Assembly: GCA_001799995.1 (NCBI GenBank)
Contig: MGUK01000084.1
Span: forward strand, 92,320 to 156,319
DNA length: 64,000 bases
Source of the DNA: Elusimicrobia bacterium GWF2_62_30
GTDB taxonomy: Bacteria; Elusimicrobiota; Elusimicrobia; Elusimicrobiales; UBA9959
Direction of reading: 5' to 3'
The notes below the pieces were generated by a model. The model worked only from the letters and a program-made list of their open reading frames with translations. It ran no database searches and was not told where the DNA came from. The position numbers and the translations under genes are program-made. Below are positions 19,351-32,639 of this stretch, piece by piece (position 1 is the first letter of the stretch; each line of letters starts with the position of its first letter).

Positions 19351-19356
19351 ATTATA
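19351..19356 (-). promoter_or_regulatory. -10 box (TATAAT) 6 nt before hemW ATG, leaderless-type promoter
   Basis: Minus strand reads TATAAT-ctctac-ATG with no room for a Shine-Dalgarno. Confidence 0.6.
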
Positions 19357-19386
19357 GCGGATTCGGCGGAGAGGGGTGGAATGGCG

Positions 19387-19421
19387 AAAAAAAGACGGCC
19401 CGGTTTTATGCCGGGCCGTCT
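19387..19421 (-). terminator. Intrinsic terminator after the SPFH gene
   Basis: agacggcccgg...ccgggccgtct stem with 7-T tract on the minus strand. Confidence 0.8.
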
Positions 19422-19440
19422 CGTTCTCAGGCGGGACTGA

Positions 19441-20190
19441 TCACGCCTGGGGCTTGGGCTTATCGAAGAACATCTTTACCAGGTCCATGGGGACGGGGAA
19501 GATTATCGTAGAGCTCTTTTCCGCGGAGATCTCGGTCAGGGTCTGCAGGTACCTGAGCTGGATGGCGGCGGGGTTGACGGCCATGATAGCGGCGGCGTCG
19601 GAGAGCTTCTGTGAGGCCTGGAATTCGCCTTCGGCATGGATGACCTTGGCGCGGCGTTCGCGTTCCGCCTCCGCCTGCTTGGCGATGGCGCGCTGCATCT
19701 CCTGCGGCAGGTCCACGTTCTTCACTTCCACGCTGGACACCTTTATGCCCCAGGGCTCGGTATGCTGGTCCAGGATCTCCTGCAGGTTCTTGTTGATCTT
19801 GTCGCGGTTGGAGAGCAGGTCGTCCAGTTCCTGCTGGCCGAGCACGCTGCGCAGGGTGGTCTGCGCCAGCTGGCTGGTGGCGTACATGAAGTTCTCCACG
19901 TTAAGGATGGCGGACTGCGGGTTGACCACGCGGAAGTAGACCACGGCGTTGACCTTCACGGAGATGTTGTCGCGGGTGATGATGTCCTGCGGGGGCACGT
20001 CCATGACCACCACGCGGGTGCTGACGCGGAACAGCTGCTGGACGCCGGGGATGAGGATGATGAGGCCCGGGCCTTTCACGCCGGTGAAGCGGCCGAGGGT
20101 CAGCGTAACGCCCCGCTCGTATTCGTTCAGCACTTTTATGCTGGAAAACAGTATGATGACGCCTAGGATTATTAATGGTGCGTATGCCAT
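19441..20190 (-). CDS. SPFH/band 7 (slipin, stomatin-like) membrane protein
   Basis: N-terminal TM; [49 protein letters not shown]. Confidence 0.95.
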   Translation of the reverse strand: MAYAPLIILGVIILFSSIKVLNEYERGVTLTLGRFTGVKGPGLIILIPGVQQLFRVSTRVVVMDVPPQDIITRDNISVKVNAVVYFRVVNPQSAILNVENFMYATSQLAQTTLRSVLGQQELDDLLSNRDKINKNLQEILDQHTEPWGIKVSSVEVKNVDLPQEMQRAIAKQAEAERERRAKVIHAEGEFQASQKLSDAAAIMAVNPAAIQLRYLQTLTEISAEKSSTIIFPVPMDLVKMFFDKPKPQA

Positions 20191-20344
20191 GGAAACCTCC
20201 TGAACCCGTGCGGTTTTTCGAATCTAAAGTGTACCAAAGATGCCGGCTGAAAGCAAACCTCCGCCGTGGCCCCGCGGAACTCCGGCATAAGTCTTTTTAA
20301 ATTTAGTATTATATGGAGAGCGGTCTTTGAACACAGTCAATATT

Positions 20345-22773
<2,429 letters not shown>

Positions 22774-22788
22774 GCCGGCGGCTGCACA

Positions 22789-24288
22789 ATGGATAAAACA
22801 GCCTACCTGAGCGTGTACGACAAGACCGGGGTGGAGGATTTCGCCCGCGGCCTGTACGAACTCGGCTTCGGGATCTACGCTTCCGGCTCCACATATGAAC
22901 TGCTTAAAGAGGCCGGGATCGAGGCCGAAGAGGTGCGCTATTCCCCGCCCGTGCCTTACGCCGTGCTCAAGGCGCTGTCGGGCCGCTTCCCGGCCGTTTC
23001 GGAGAACGGGGTGGAGCTGCCCCGGTTCTACGTCGTGGCGGCCAACCTTTTCCCCATAGCCAGCATCGTCGGGCAGGAAGAATTCGCCATAGAAGAGCTT
23101 TCCAGCTACCTCGATCAGTCAAATTCTTCGGTGCTCAGGGCTGCCGCCAGGGATTTTACCGGGGTCATTACCATCTCCAGCCAGGCGGACTATGGCCCCG
23201 TGCTAGGCGCGCTGAAGGAAGCCGGCGGGCTGGAGCCCGACGTAAAAAAACAGCTGGCCGCCAAGGCCTGGCAGCACCTGGCCGCTTACGACGCCACCGT
23301 GGCGCAGTACCTTTCCGAAACGGGGAACCTGCTGGGCGACGAAGTGGTGATGAGCCTGAAGAAAGTGTCCGACCTGGATTACGGCGAGAACCGCCACCAG
23401 AAGGCGGCCTTTTACGCCCTGAGCGGGGCCCGCCCCCGCGGCCTTAACGCGGCCAGGCTGCTCTCCGGCGGGGCGCTCAACCTTAACCATTACCTTGACC
23501 TGGATACGGCGTTCGAGCTGGCGATGGAGTTCGAGGAGCAGGTCTGTGTTATTTCGAAACACGCCCGCCCGGCGGCGGTGTGCGCCGTTCCCCAGCAGGG
23601 CGAATGCCTCCGCGGCGCCCTGCGCTGCGACCCTGTGGGAGCGGTAGGCGGCACGGCGGCGTTCAACCGCCAGGTAGAGGCGGCCACGGCTGATATGCTT
23701 AGGGGTACGTTCATCGAGAGCGTGGTGGCGCCCGGCTACGCCCCGGAGGCGCTCAGGCTGCTGCGTTCGCGCGAAGGCCTGCGGGTGCTGGAACTGCCCG
23801 CCCCGGTCCTTTCGCCGCACGAAGTGGAACTCCATTCCGTCTCGGGCGGCCTGCTTATAGAGACCAAGGACAACCAGCTTTTTTCCCGGGAGACGCCGTG
23901 CGTGACGCGCCGCAAGCCTTCCGAAGAAGAGCTGCGGGCCCTCAAGCTGGCCTGGAAAACGGTAAAATACGCCAAGACCTATTCCATCGTGCTCGCCGAC
24001 GCGTGCGGCACCCTCGCGGTCAGCGCCGCCGAAAGCTCCACGTACGACGCCGTGCGCGGGGCGCTGTGGAAGATGCACGACAAGCGCGCCCTGCTCCCGT
24101 CCCCGGGCCCGCTGGCGATGGCGGCCGACGCCGCGCTGCCGCTCAAGACGCTCCAGACGGCGCTGGCCGGCGGGGTCCGGGCCGTCATCCAGCCCGGCGG
24201 CTGGCAGGACGACCGCGACTGCGCCGAACTTTGCGATTCGAAGAACGCCGCCATGCTTTTTTCCGGCATACGCCATTTCAGGCACTGA
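22789..24288 (+). CDS. purH: PurH-like (IMPCH/AICAR transformylase fold) protein with degenerate active sites
   Basis: Keeps SVYDKTG, YGEN.HQ, QPGG and terminal RHFRH; lacks GRVKTLHP, IDIGG, SNAI, GQ.SR and SDAFFPF. Confidence 0.8.
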   Translation: MDKTAYLSVYDKTGVEDFARGLYELGFGIYASGSTYELLKEAGIEAEEVRYSPPVPYAVLKALSGRFPAVSENGVELPRFYVVAANLFPIASIVGQEEFAIEELSSYLDQSNSSVLRAAARDFTGVITISSQADYGPVLGALKEAGGLEPDVKKQLAAKAWQHLAAYDATVAQYLSETGNLLGDEVVMSLKKVSDLDYGENRHQKAAFYALSGARPRGLNAARLLSGGALNLNHYLDLDTAFELAMEFEEQVCVISKHARPAAVCAVPQQGECLRGALRCDPVGAVGGTAAFNRQVEAATADMLRGTFIESVVAPGYAPEALRLLRSREGLRVLELPAPVLSPHEVELHSVSGGLLIETKDNQLFSRETPCVTRRKPSEEELRALKLAWKTVKYAKTYSIVLADACGTLAVSAAESSTYDAVRGALWKMHDKRALLPSPGPLAMAADAALPLKTLQTALAGGVRAVIQPGGWQDDRDCAELCDSKNAAMLFSGIRHFRH

Positions 24289-24307
24289 ACGAAGGAAGGG
24301 AACAATT

Positions 24308-25504
24308 ATGGGAAACATCATCTTTGGCGCGCTGCGGGCCGTACTCCCGGCGCTGATCCTCCTGGCCGCCTGCCGCGCGGAGGGCGTCTGCGCCCCGGTC
24401 TTTACCGAAGTCCAGGGCAAGGTCCTGTACCGCGCCTCGGCGGACCAGGAATGGGCGCAGGCAAGCCCGGGCCTGCGGGTGGCCGCGGGCGGCAGGGTAA
24501 AGACGGGCTGGTTCTCCTGGGCGGAGATCCGTTACGACGAGCGGACCATGATCGGGCTGGGGTTCGACACCGATCTCACCATCTATACCGCCAAGGCCGA
24601 CGAATATTTTTCCAAACTGGCCGCCGGGACCGTGCGCGCGGTGGTCAAGACCGCCATCAAGTTCACCATAAAGACGCCCGTTTCCGTGGTGGCGGTGAAG
24701 ACCAAGGGCACGCGTTTCGTGACCGTGGCTACGGCTTTGGGCCAGACCAAGGTAAAGGTCTTCTCCGGGATAGTGACGGTCAGCGACGCCAAGACCCGCG
24801 ACAAGGCCGTGAAGCCGGAAGAGACCCTCTCCATCGACGAGGAAGGCTCCGGGCCCCCGGAGCGGGCGGCGTCCGTTTCCCTGGGCGGGGGCTGGGCCAT
24901 CGACCCGCCGTACGGGTTCCGGGCCCGCGGCAAGACCGGCTGGGAGATGAAGACCTTCTCGCCTACCAGCGTAAGTTTCAAAGGCATCGAAGTGTCCATG
25001 GAGCGGACCGAAACCCTTTCGCTGGAGAAGCGGCAGGTCAGGTGGGAAAAGGGACAGGATTGGCCGATGCAGTGCCCCGCGGGGCTTTCGGCCCGCGAAG
25101 TAAGGATAGGCTCCCTCGAAGGCAAGCCTTTTGTTTCCTACGCCTGCCCGTCGCAGGACCTGGGCCGGGCCGAGTGGCAGAACCGCTATTATGAGATGCC
25201 GATAGAGGACAGCGCCGGAGCGGTTTCCTCCGCGCTGCGTATGCGCTATAAGCATTCCGTCCAGGCCAAGCTGCCCTCCGCCGCCGAGCTGGGCAAACTG
25301 TACGGCAGGCAGCCCGCCGGCGGCTACGCCGGCAGGTTCCAGGCCGACGTGATGCCCCTGATAGCCGCCGCCGCTAATAAAACGAAGCTGGACGGCCCGG
25401 GGATAAAAGCGGCCACCGAGTCCGTCCTGACCCTGTACCGCGAAATATGGGCCGGCAGCAATACCGACGAGTACAGCGGCAAAGTGGTGCCGATGATACA
25501 GTAG
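24308..25504 (+). CDS. Secreted FecR-domain protein with unknown C-terminal domain
   Basis: Signal peptide; 'VQGKV...VKTG..S.AEI......IGL', 'IKTP......KGTRF.......TKVKVFSG.VTV'. Confidence 0.75.
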   Translation: MGNIIFGALRAVLPALILLAACRAEGVCAPVFTEVQGKVLYRASADQEWAQASPGLRVAAGGRVKTGWFSWAEIRYDERTMIGLGFDTDLTIYTAKADEYFSKLAAGTVRAVVKTAIKFTIKTPVSVVAVKTKGTRFVTVATALGQTKVKVFSGIVTVSDAKTRDKAVKPEETLSIDEEGSGPPERAASVSLGGGWAIDPPYGFRARGKTGWEMKTFSPTSVSFKGIEVSMERTETLSLEKRQVRWEKGQDWPMQCPAGLSAREVRIGSLEGKPFVSYACPSQDLGRAEWQNRYYEMPIEDSAGAVSSALRMRYKHSVQAKLPSAAELGKLYGRQPAGGYAGRFQADVMPLIAAAANKTKLDGPGIKAATESVLTLYREIWAGSNTDEYSGKVVPMIQ

Positions 25505-25549
25505 GAACATAAACTGCGGGGAAATACCGCAGCTGGACGTGTCTGAACG

Positions 25550-27256
25550 ATGAAAAATATATATTCAGGGATACTGGTCCCGGTTCTGGCCACGGCGCTG
25601 TTCGCGCACGCCGCAGGCGCAGCGAACGTAAAGGCGGAACTGGCTCCGCTTAACCCGGAGTTCGTCCAGTATTTACAGGTCGTGAACTCGACCGCTGTCT
25701 TGTCCGCGCTTCCTGCCCCGAACGCGGTACTGGGGAGCGCCGGGCGCGGGTTCGGCCGGATCCCTTCCCCGCTTCTCCCGGTCAGGGGCCGCGCTTTAAC
25801 CGCGGAGGAGAACGACTCCGGGCTCACTTACGCTCCCGCCTACGACTTGCGCGACCATGGCAAGGTCACCGCGGTGAAAGATCAGGGCGCCTGCGGCGAC
25901 TGCTGGGCTTTCTCGGCGATGGGTTCAATGGAATCCTACTTCATGCCCAATATTCTGGACCTGTCGGAGGCGGACCTGAACGCCAACAGCGGGTTCGACA
26001 ATGGCTCCTGCAATGGCGGCAATGACTACATGTCCGCCGCGTACCTGACGCGCTGGAGCGGGCCGCTCCCGGAGTCCAGCTCCGGGGTGATAAAGCACGC
26101 GCAGGATATTATCTTCCTGACTCCGCGCTCCGGTCCAGCGGATAACGACCGCATTAAAAGCGCCCTGCTGGCCTATGGGGGCGTTACGGCCGCGTTCTAT
26201 TACAGCGACGCCAATTACAACGCCGCTACCCACGCCTACTATGCTTCAGTTTCCGCCGCCGGCAACCATGAGGTCGTCATAGTAGGCTGGGACGATAATT
26301 ACGATAAGGCCAATTTTAACACGGTTCCCGCCGGCAACGGCGCCTTCCTCTGCAAAAATTCCTGGGGCGCCTCCTGGGGCGACAATGGCTATTTCCATGT
26401 TTCCTATTACGATGCCGTGTTTTCCCGCTCGGATTATTCCTCGGCCTTTACCGGGGAACCGGTCGGGAATTATTCCCGGGTGTACAGCTATGACAAACTG
26501 GGCTGGGTACAAAATTACGGGTACAGCGCCGTTACCGCCTGGTATTCCAATATTTTCACCGCTGTCGCCGAAGAGGGGTTAAAGGCGGTCGGGTTTTATA
26601 CCAACGATTCGGCTACCGCCTACACGGTCTATGTTTATCGCGGGGTGAACGCCGGCCAGCCGGTCAGCGGGTCACTCGCCTATTCGGCGAGCGGGTCTTT
26701 CACCTCCCCCGGCTATCATACGGTTTCCGTGGGCTACCTTCCCCTCAGCGCGGGCCAGCGCTTCTCCGTGGTCGTAAAGGCGGTTAATGCGAGTTATACC
26801 TTCCCGGTCCCCGTAGAGGTGAAATTGACCGGCTATTCCGGACAGGCTTCCGCTTCGGGCAACAGCTATATGAGCGGCGATGGCGCTTCCTGGAGCGCTT
26901 TGCCGGCGCTGGCCGCAACGCTCACCAACGTCCCGCTGAAAGCTTACACTTCCTCGCAGCCCCCGGAAGGCGTGGTCGCGCTGACGGACAACCTGCTAAG
27001 GCCGCTGAAGAACCCCGCCGTGAAATGCAAAATAGCCCTGTCCATCTTCTCTCCCGGCAATGTGAGCGTAAAGATCTATACACAGAACGGGGGACTGGTA
27101 AGGACGCTGTATCACGGGCCGCAGGCCATCGGATCAGCCAATTACTTATGGGACGGCAGGAACGATGGCGGCGGGCTGGTGGCCAGCGGGGTCTACCTGG
27201 TCCATATCAAGGGACCGGGCACCGCTAAGACCGAGAAAGTGGTGGTGATAAAATGA
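25550..27256 (+). CDS. Papain-family (C1A) cysteine peptidase with lectin-like domain and FlgD-Ig/T9SS-like C-terminal domain
   Basis: QGACGDCWAF (catalytic Cys), NHEVVIVGWDD (His), KNSWG (Asn); C-terminus 'IYTQNGGLVRTL...WDGRNDGG...ASGVY...KVVVIK'. Confidence 0.92.
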   Translation: MKNIYSGILVPVLATALFAHAAGAANVKAELAPLNPEFVQYLQVVNSTAVLSALPAPNAVLGSAGRGFGRIPSPLLPVRGRALTAEENDSGLTYAPAYDLRDHGKVTAVKDQGACGDCWAFSAMGSMESYFMPNILDLSEADLNANSGFDNGSCNGGNDYMSAAYLTRWSGPLPESSSGVIKHAQDIIFLTPRSGPADNDRIKSALLAYGGVTAAFYYSDANYNAATHAYYASVSAAGNHEVVIVGWDDNYDKANFNTVPAGNGAFLCKNSWGASWGDNGYFHVSYYDAVFSRSDYSSAFTGEPVGNYSRVYSYDKLGWVQNYGYSAVTAWYSNIFTAVAEEGLKAVGFYTNDSATAYTVYVYRGVNAGQPVSGSLAYSASGSFTSPGYHTVSVGYLPLSAGQRFSVVVKAVNASYTFPVPVEVKLTGYSGQASASGNSYMSGDGASWSALPALAATLTNVPLKAYTSSQPPEGVVALTDNLLRPLKNPAVKCKIALSIFSPGNVSVKIYTQNGGLVRTLYHGPQAIGSANYLWDGRNDGGGLVASGVYLVHIKGPGTAKTEKVVVIK

Positions 27257-28200
27257 AACTATTACCCGCCGCCGCCTGTTTCTCTCTCGCCGCGTTCCTG
27301 TTCTCCTGCGGGCGCGCAGGAGCCGACACCGGGCTTACCGGGGCGTCGATACTTACCCGCCCTGTCGGCGCGAGGTCCTCCGGGATGGGACGCGCGTTCA
27401 CGGCTGTGCCGGGGGACGCGGAGAGCTTGCTATATAACCCGGCCGGCCCGGGCCTTGCCGCGCGGAGCTCCGTGTATCTCGCGTACATGAACGGCTTCGC
27501 TGACGGCCGGTACGGGCTGGCCGCCCTCCCGCTCAGGCTCGGACCTCTTACGCTGACCCCGGCTTATCTCTACTATGATTCCGGCAAGATAACCCTGAAC
27601 CTTTCGGACGGCACGCAGGAAACGGTGACCGCCGAGTTGGACAAGGTGGCCATGATCTCCGGCGCATACTCCCCGGCGGCCGGACTGGCGGTGGGGGGCA
27701 CTTTGAAATTCACTACGATAGCCCTGGCCGAGACCGCGTCCGCCTCGGCCAGCCATTATGACCTGGGCATCCTGTACCGGATGGCTTCCGGGCTCAGCTT
27801 CGGCGCGGCTTCGCTTAATCACGGGGACTACATTAAATTCGAGGAAGAAGGGGATCCCGCGCCTGTGACAACGCGCGCCGGAGTTTCCTACAAAACAGAA
27901 TTCCGCCCGGAGCTGATAGGCAGCCCGGATGACATTTCTTACAGCGATATCGTGCTTTCCGCCGACTGGAGCAGGACCGCGAAAGAAAGCTCCTGTTACC
28001 AGGCCGGCGCGGAGGTGAACATGGAGATGAGCGTGGGGGTAATGCTCAGCCTGCGGGGGGGCTACCTGTTCGACAGGGACGACGAAGGGATGACCCTCGG
28101 TGTAGGGGTCAGGAAGAACGAGTGGAACTTCGGCGTCGGCTACGAAACTTCGAAAAACCTGTCCCCCAGGTTCCCGGTCTCGCTTTCCCTGGAATTCTGA
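27253..28200 (+). CDS. Second PorV/PorQ-family outer-membrane beta-barrel
   Basis: 'PVGARSSGMGRAFTAV...LYNPAG', 'LRGGY', terminal Phe; ATGA overlap with the peptidase stop. Confidence 0.8.
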   Translation: MKLLPAAACFSLAAFLFSCGRAGADTGLTGASILTRPVGARSSGMGRAFTAVPGDAESLLYNPAGPGLAARSSVYLAYMNGFADGRYGLAALPLRLGPLTLTPAYLYYDSGKITLNLSDGTQETVTAELDKVAMISGAYSPAAGLAVGGTLKFTTIALAETASASASHYDLGILYRMASGLSFGAASLNHGDYIKFEEEGDPAPVTTRAGVSYKTEFRPELIGSPDDISYSDIVLSADWSRTAKESSCYQAGAEVNMEMSVGVMLSLRGGYLFDRDDEGMTLGVGVRKNEWNFGVGYETSKNLSPRFPVSLSLEF

Positions 28201-28206
28201 CGCCCG

Positions 28207-29397
<1,191 letters not shown>

Positions 29398-29420
29398 GAT
29401 GGTTCTCCTTGGACCCGCCG

Positions 29421-30455
29421 TTAAGGCGTCAGAATAACTTTGCCGCATTTCTTCTCCCTGGAATTTATCAGGTCGAAGGCCTTCCTGAAATCCTTGAAAC
29501 GGTAGGTGTGCGTGACGGCGGGCCTGGGGTCGACGGCGCCGGATTTAAGCAGGCTTTCCATCTTGTACCAGCTGCGGAAGATCTCCCGCCCGGAAATGCC
29601 TTCCAGCCGTATGCCGCGGCGCACGATGTCGCCGGCGTAGTCTATGCTGAGGTTCGTGACCGGGAGGCCGAAAGCGACGAAGCGCCCGCCGGGCCGGAGG
29701 GCTTTCAGGCACAGTTCCACGGAGTCCGCCGCGCCGCTCATTTCCACTACCGCGTCCGCGCCTTCCGCCCCGCAGACCTTGGCGATCTTCTGCAGGCAGT
29801 CCTTTGCCGTTGGATCTATCGCCGTGGCCGCGCCCATTTTAAGGGCGAGGCGCCGGCGGTAAAGCGAGGCGTCCAGCGCTATCACTTTGCGCGCGCCGCC
29901 GGCTTTGGCGATGCCCGCCGCGAAAAGCCCCTGAGGCGCGCAGCCGGAAATGACCACCGTTTTGCCGACGATGTCTTCGGCCAGAATGGCGTGGACGGAA
30001 CTGCCGAACGGGCCCATCACGGCGCCGACGTCCTTAAGGGTGTCGTCGGTGTGCTTCCAGGAGCAGCGGGCGGGCACGGCGGCGTATTCGGCGAGCCCGC
30101 CGGGGATGTCGCGGCCGATAACGCGCAGGTCCTGGCAGATATGGCGCTGGTCGTTGCGGCATTGCCCGCAGGTGCCGCAGAAGATATGGGATTCGACGGA
30201 AACGAAATCCCCTTTTTCGAAGCCTTTCGCCAGGGAGCCGGTTTCCACCACTTCGCCGCAGAAGTCCTGGCCGAAGATAAAGGGGAGAGAGGGAGGGGTG
30301 AAAGCGGGGTCGGTCCAGTTGTAGAGCGCAAGGTCGCCGGAACTTATGGAGGCGGCGGTTACCCGGATCAGGAGCTCGTCCTTGTTGATTACGGGAACTT
30401 CCATGTCGCGGTAATCCGCGCCGCGCGCCCGCGAAGTCTTTACTATGGCTTTCAT
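29421..30455 (-). CDS. tdh: L-threonine 3-dehydrogenase-like MDR protein lacking catalytic Zn ligands
   Basis: Tdh-like throughout (VSVESHIFC, GISGRE, CGKVIL); structural CxxCxxCx7C kept; ICGTD->ISSGD, GHE->GQD, EP->GP. Confidence 0.8.
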   Translation of the reverse strand: MKAIVKTSRARGADYRDMEVPVINKDELLIRVTAASISSGDLALYNWTDPAFTPPSLPFIFGQDFCGEVVETGSLAKGFEKGDFVSVESHIFCGTCGQCRNDQRHICQDLRVIGRDIPGGLAEYAAVPARCSWKHTDDTLKDVGAVMGPFGSSVHAILAEDIVGKTVVISGCAPQGLFAAGIAKAGGARKVIALDASLYRRRLALKMGAATAIDPTAKDCLQKIAKVCGAEGADAVVEMSGAADSVELCLKALRPGGRFVAFGLPVTNLSIDYAGDIVRRGIRLEGISGREIFRSWYKMESLLKSGAVDPRPAVTHTYRFKDFRKAFDLINSREKKCGKVILTP

Positions 30456-30583
30456 CTGGTTCTCCTTAAGGCCGAAGAAAATCGGGACTGACCGGCACCG
30501 CAGTATTTATGATATAAAAAAAAGGGCGGAGAAAAAAATATGTTTAATTCCCGGGAAATTTAGTAAATTGTATATGGACCTTT

Positions 30584-30973
30584 ATGCCGGAACTTTCATG
30601 TGTGCTGCCTCCCGAAGACCGCCTGGTGCTTCTGCCGAAGAACCCCGGAGTCCTTTTTCTTTTCTGGCAATTCTCCGCCAGCCGTGCGGAGGCTTTCCGC
30701 GCCTCGGCGCTGGGCGCTGAAGTGGAGCTGCGCCTTTTCTATTCCGAAGACAAGGCGCAGGCCTCCTCCCGCAGGGCCGCGTGGGATTCCTTCAAGGGCT
30801 ACCTGGAAGTTCCGGCGCAGGGCAGGACCTATACCGCGGCGCTCTACGCTCTGCGCAACGGCGAGTGGGAAAAGTTCCTGGAGTCCAACCCCGCCGCCTC
30901 CCCGGCTTCCGCCGGAGCGGCCGAAGAGCGCGCCTACGCCAGCCTGGAATTCCACAAGAGGGCCCAGGTATGA
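30584..30973 (+). CDS. DUF4912-like protein
   Basis: 'DRLVLLPKNPGVLFLFW...ESN' pattern; typical position just upstream of a GH57 gene. Confidence 0.7.
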   Translation: MPELSCVLPPEDRLVLLPKNPGVLFLFWQFSASRAEAFRASALGAEVELRLFYSEDKAQASSRRAAWDSFKGYLEVPAQGRTYTAALYALRNGEWEKFLESNPAASPASAGAAEERAYASLEFHKRAQV

Positions 30974-32577
30974 GCTCGCGCGGTTCCCTGATGTTCGTGC
31001 TGCACGCGCACCTTCCGTACGTGAACCATCCCGCCGATTCCAGCTTCCTCGAGGAGAACTGGTTCTTCGAAGCCGTAGCCGAGACCTATGTCCCGATAAT
31101 TTCCTCGCTGGAGCGGCTCGCCTCCGAAGGCATCAGGCCGGGGATCGCCCTTTCGATCTCCCCGACGCTCGGCGCCATGCTCGAGAACGAGGAGCTGGAA
31201 GAAAAGATGGCCCTTTACCTCGGCTCGCGCCTGGAGCTGATCGAGAAGGAGCTTGAGCGCGCCCAGGACGACCCGGCCCTGCTCAAGACGGTGAAGCTGT
31301 ACCAGAAACTTTACGAGGACGCCGCGGCGCTGATGCATAAATACAGCGGCGACCTCATCACCCCGCTGAAGGCTTTGCAGCACGCGGGGCAGATAGAGAT
31401 TATCACCACGGCGGCTACCCACGCGGTGCTGCCGCTGCTGACCAGGCCGGAAGCCGTCCGGGCGCAGCTGGCGGTGGCCGCCGAGGATTATTTCGACCGC
31501 TTCAACAGGAAGCCTTCGGGGTTCTGGCTCCCGGAATGCGGCTACGAGCCGCGGCTCAATTCCTATCTCAAGCTTTCGGGCTTCGGCTATACCTTCGCCG
31601 AATCGCACGCCGTGGAGTTCTCCGGCGACAGCGCGCCCGGCGGCGTGTATGCCCCCTACCGCACCTCCAACGGGGTAGGGATGTTCGTCAGGGATTCCGC
31701 CAGCTCCCGCGAGGTGTGGAGCGCCCAGTTCGGCTACCCGGGCGACCCGGCCTACCGCGAGTTCTACAGGGATTTCGGCTACGACGGCGAATATGAATAC
31801 GTGCGGCCTTATTTCGGCGCCGACGGCGTGCGCCGCCCGCTGGGCCTGAAGTACCACCGCATAACCGGCGCGGGCTCCGACCTGGCCGCCAAGCAGTATT
31901 ACGACCCCGACGCGGCCCTGGCGCGGGTGGAAGCCCATGCCTCCGATTTCCTGGCGCGCCGCATGAAGCAGGTGGACGATTTCTACGCGGAGCGCGGGGC
32001 CAGGCCGCTGATAGTGAGCTGCTACGACGCCGAGCTCTTCGGCCACTGGTGGTTCGAGGGCCCGGCTTTCCTGGAGACGGTGATAAGGAAGATACGCAGC
32101 GAGCGCCTGCCGCTGCAGTTCGTGACCCCGTCGGAATACCTTAATTCCTGCCAGGAGCCCCGGGAGATAACCCCGGGCGTCTCCTCTTGGGGTGAGAACG
32201 GGTACTTCGACCCGTGGGTGAACGAGACCAACGATTTCATCTACCACGCCGTGTACGCCGCTACGGACAAGATGATAGAAACGGCCAACCGCTTCCGCAA
32301 CCAGGACCTGTCCAGCCTGAGCCTGAGGGCACTGAACCAGGCCGCGCGCGAAACGCTGCTGGCGCAGTCGTCGGACTGGGCTTTCCTGCTTTATATCGGT
32401 TCCCACGCGCAGTACGCCAAGAGCCGCCTTGAGGACCACGCGGCAAACGCCATCAGGCTGCTGGGCGAAGTGATAGAGAAAAAAGTGGATGAAACCGCGC
32501 TCAACGAGCTGGAGGAGCGCAATAACCTCTTCCCGCGCCTCGACTTCCGCGTCTTCGCCTCAGTTTCAAAGTTCTAA
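30970..32577 (+). CDS. GH57 1,4-alpha-glucan branching enzyme (DUF1957)
   Basis: LHAHLPYV, ETYVP, WLPECGY (nucleophile), YDAELFGHWWFEG (acid/base), AQSSDW; start at MSSRG. Confidence 0.93.
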   Translation: MSSRGSLMFVLHAHLPYVNHPADSSFLEENWFFEAVAETYVPIISSLERLASEGIRPGIALSISPTLGAMLENEELEEKMALYLGSRLELIEKELERAQDDPALLKTVKLYQKLYEDAAALMHKYSGDLITPLKALQHAGQIEIITTAATHAVLPLLTRPEAVRAQLAVAAEDYFDRFNRKPSGFWLPECGYEPRLNSYLKLSGFGYTFAESHAVEFSGDSAPGGVYAPYRTSNGVGMFVRDSASSREVWSAQFGYPGDPAYREFYRDFGYDGEYEYVRPYFGADGVRRPLGLKYHRITGAGSDLAAKQYYDPDAALARVEAHASDFLARRMKQVDDFYAERGARPLIVSCYDAELFGHWWFEGPAFLETVIRKIRSERLPLQFVTPSEYLNSCQEPREITPGVSSWGENGYFDPWVNETNDFIYHAVYAATDKMIETANRFRNQDLSSLSLRALNQAARETLLAQSSDWAFLLYIGSHAQYAKSRLEDHAANAIRLLGEVIEKKVDETALNELEERNNLFPRLDFRVFASVSKF

Positions 32578-32585
32578 ATAGTTAT

Positions 32586-32630
32586 AAAAAAAGCGGGCGC
32601 TGACCGAGGTCCGCGCCCGCTGTTATTTTT
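32586..32630. terminator. Bidirectional terminator
   Basis: A-tract, agcgggcgc...gcgcccgct stem, T-rich tract between convergent genes. Confidence 0.75.
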
Positions 32631-32639
32631 CGCCCTGGT

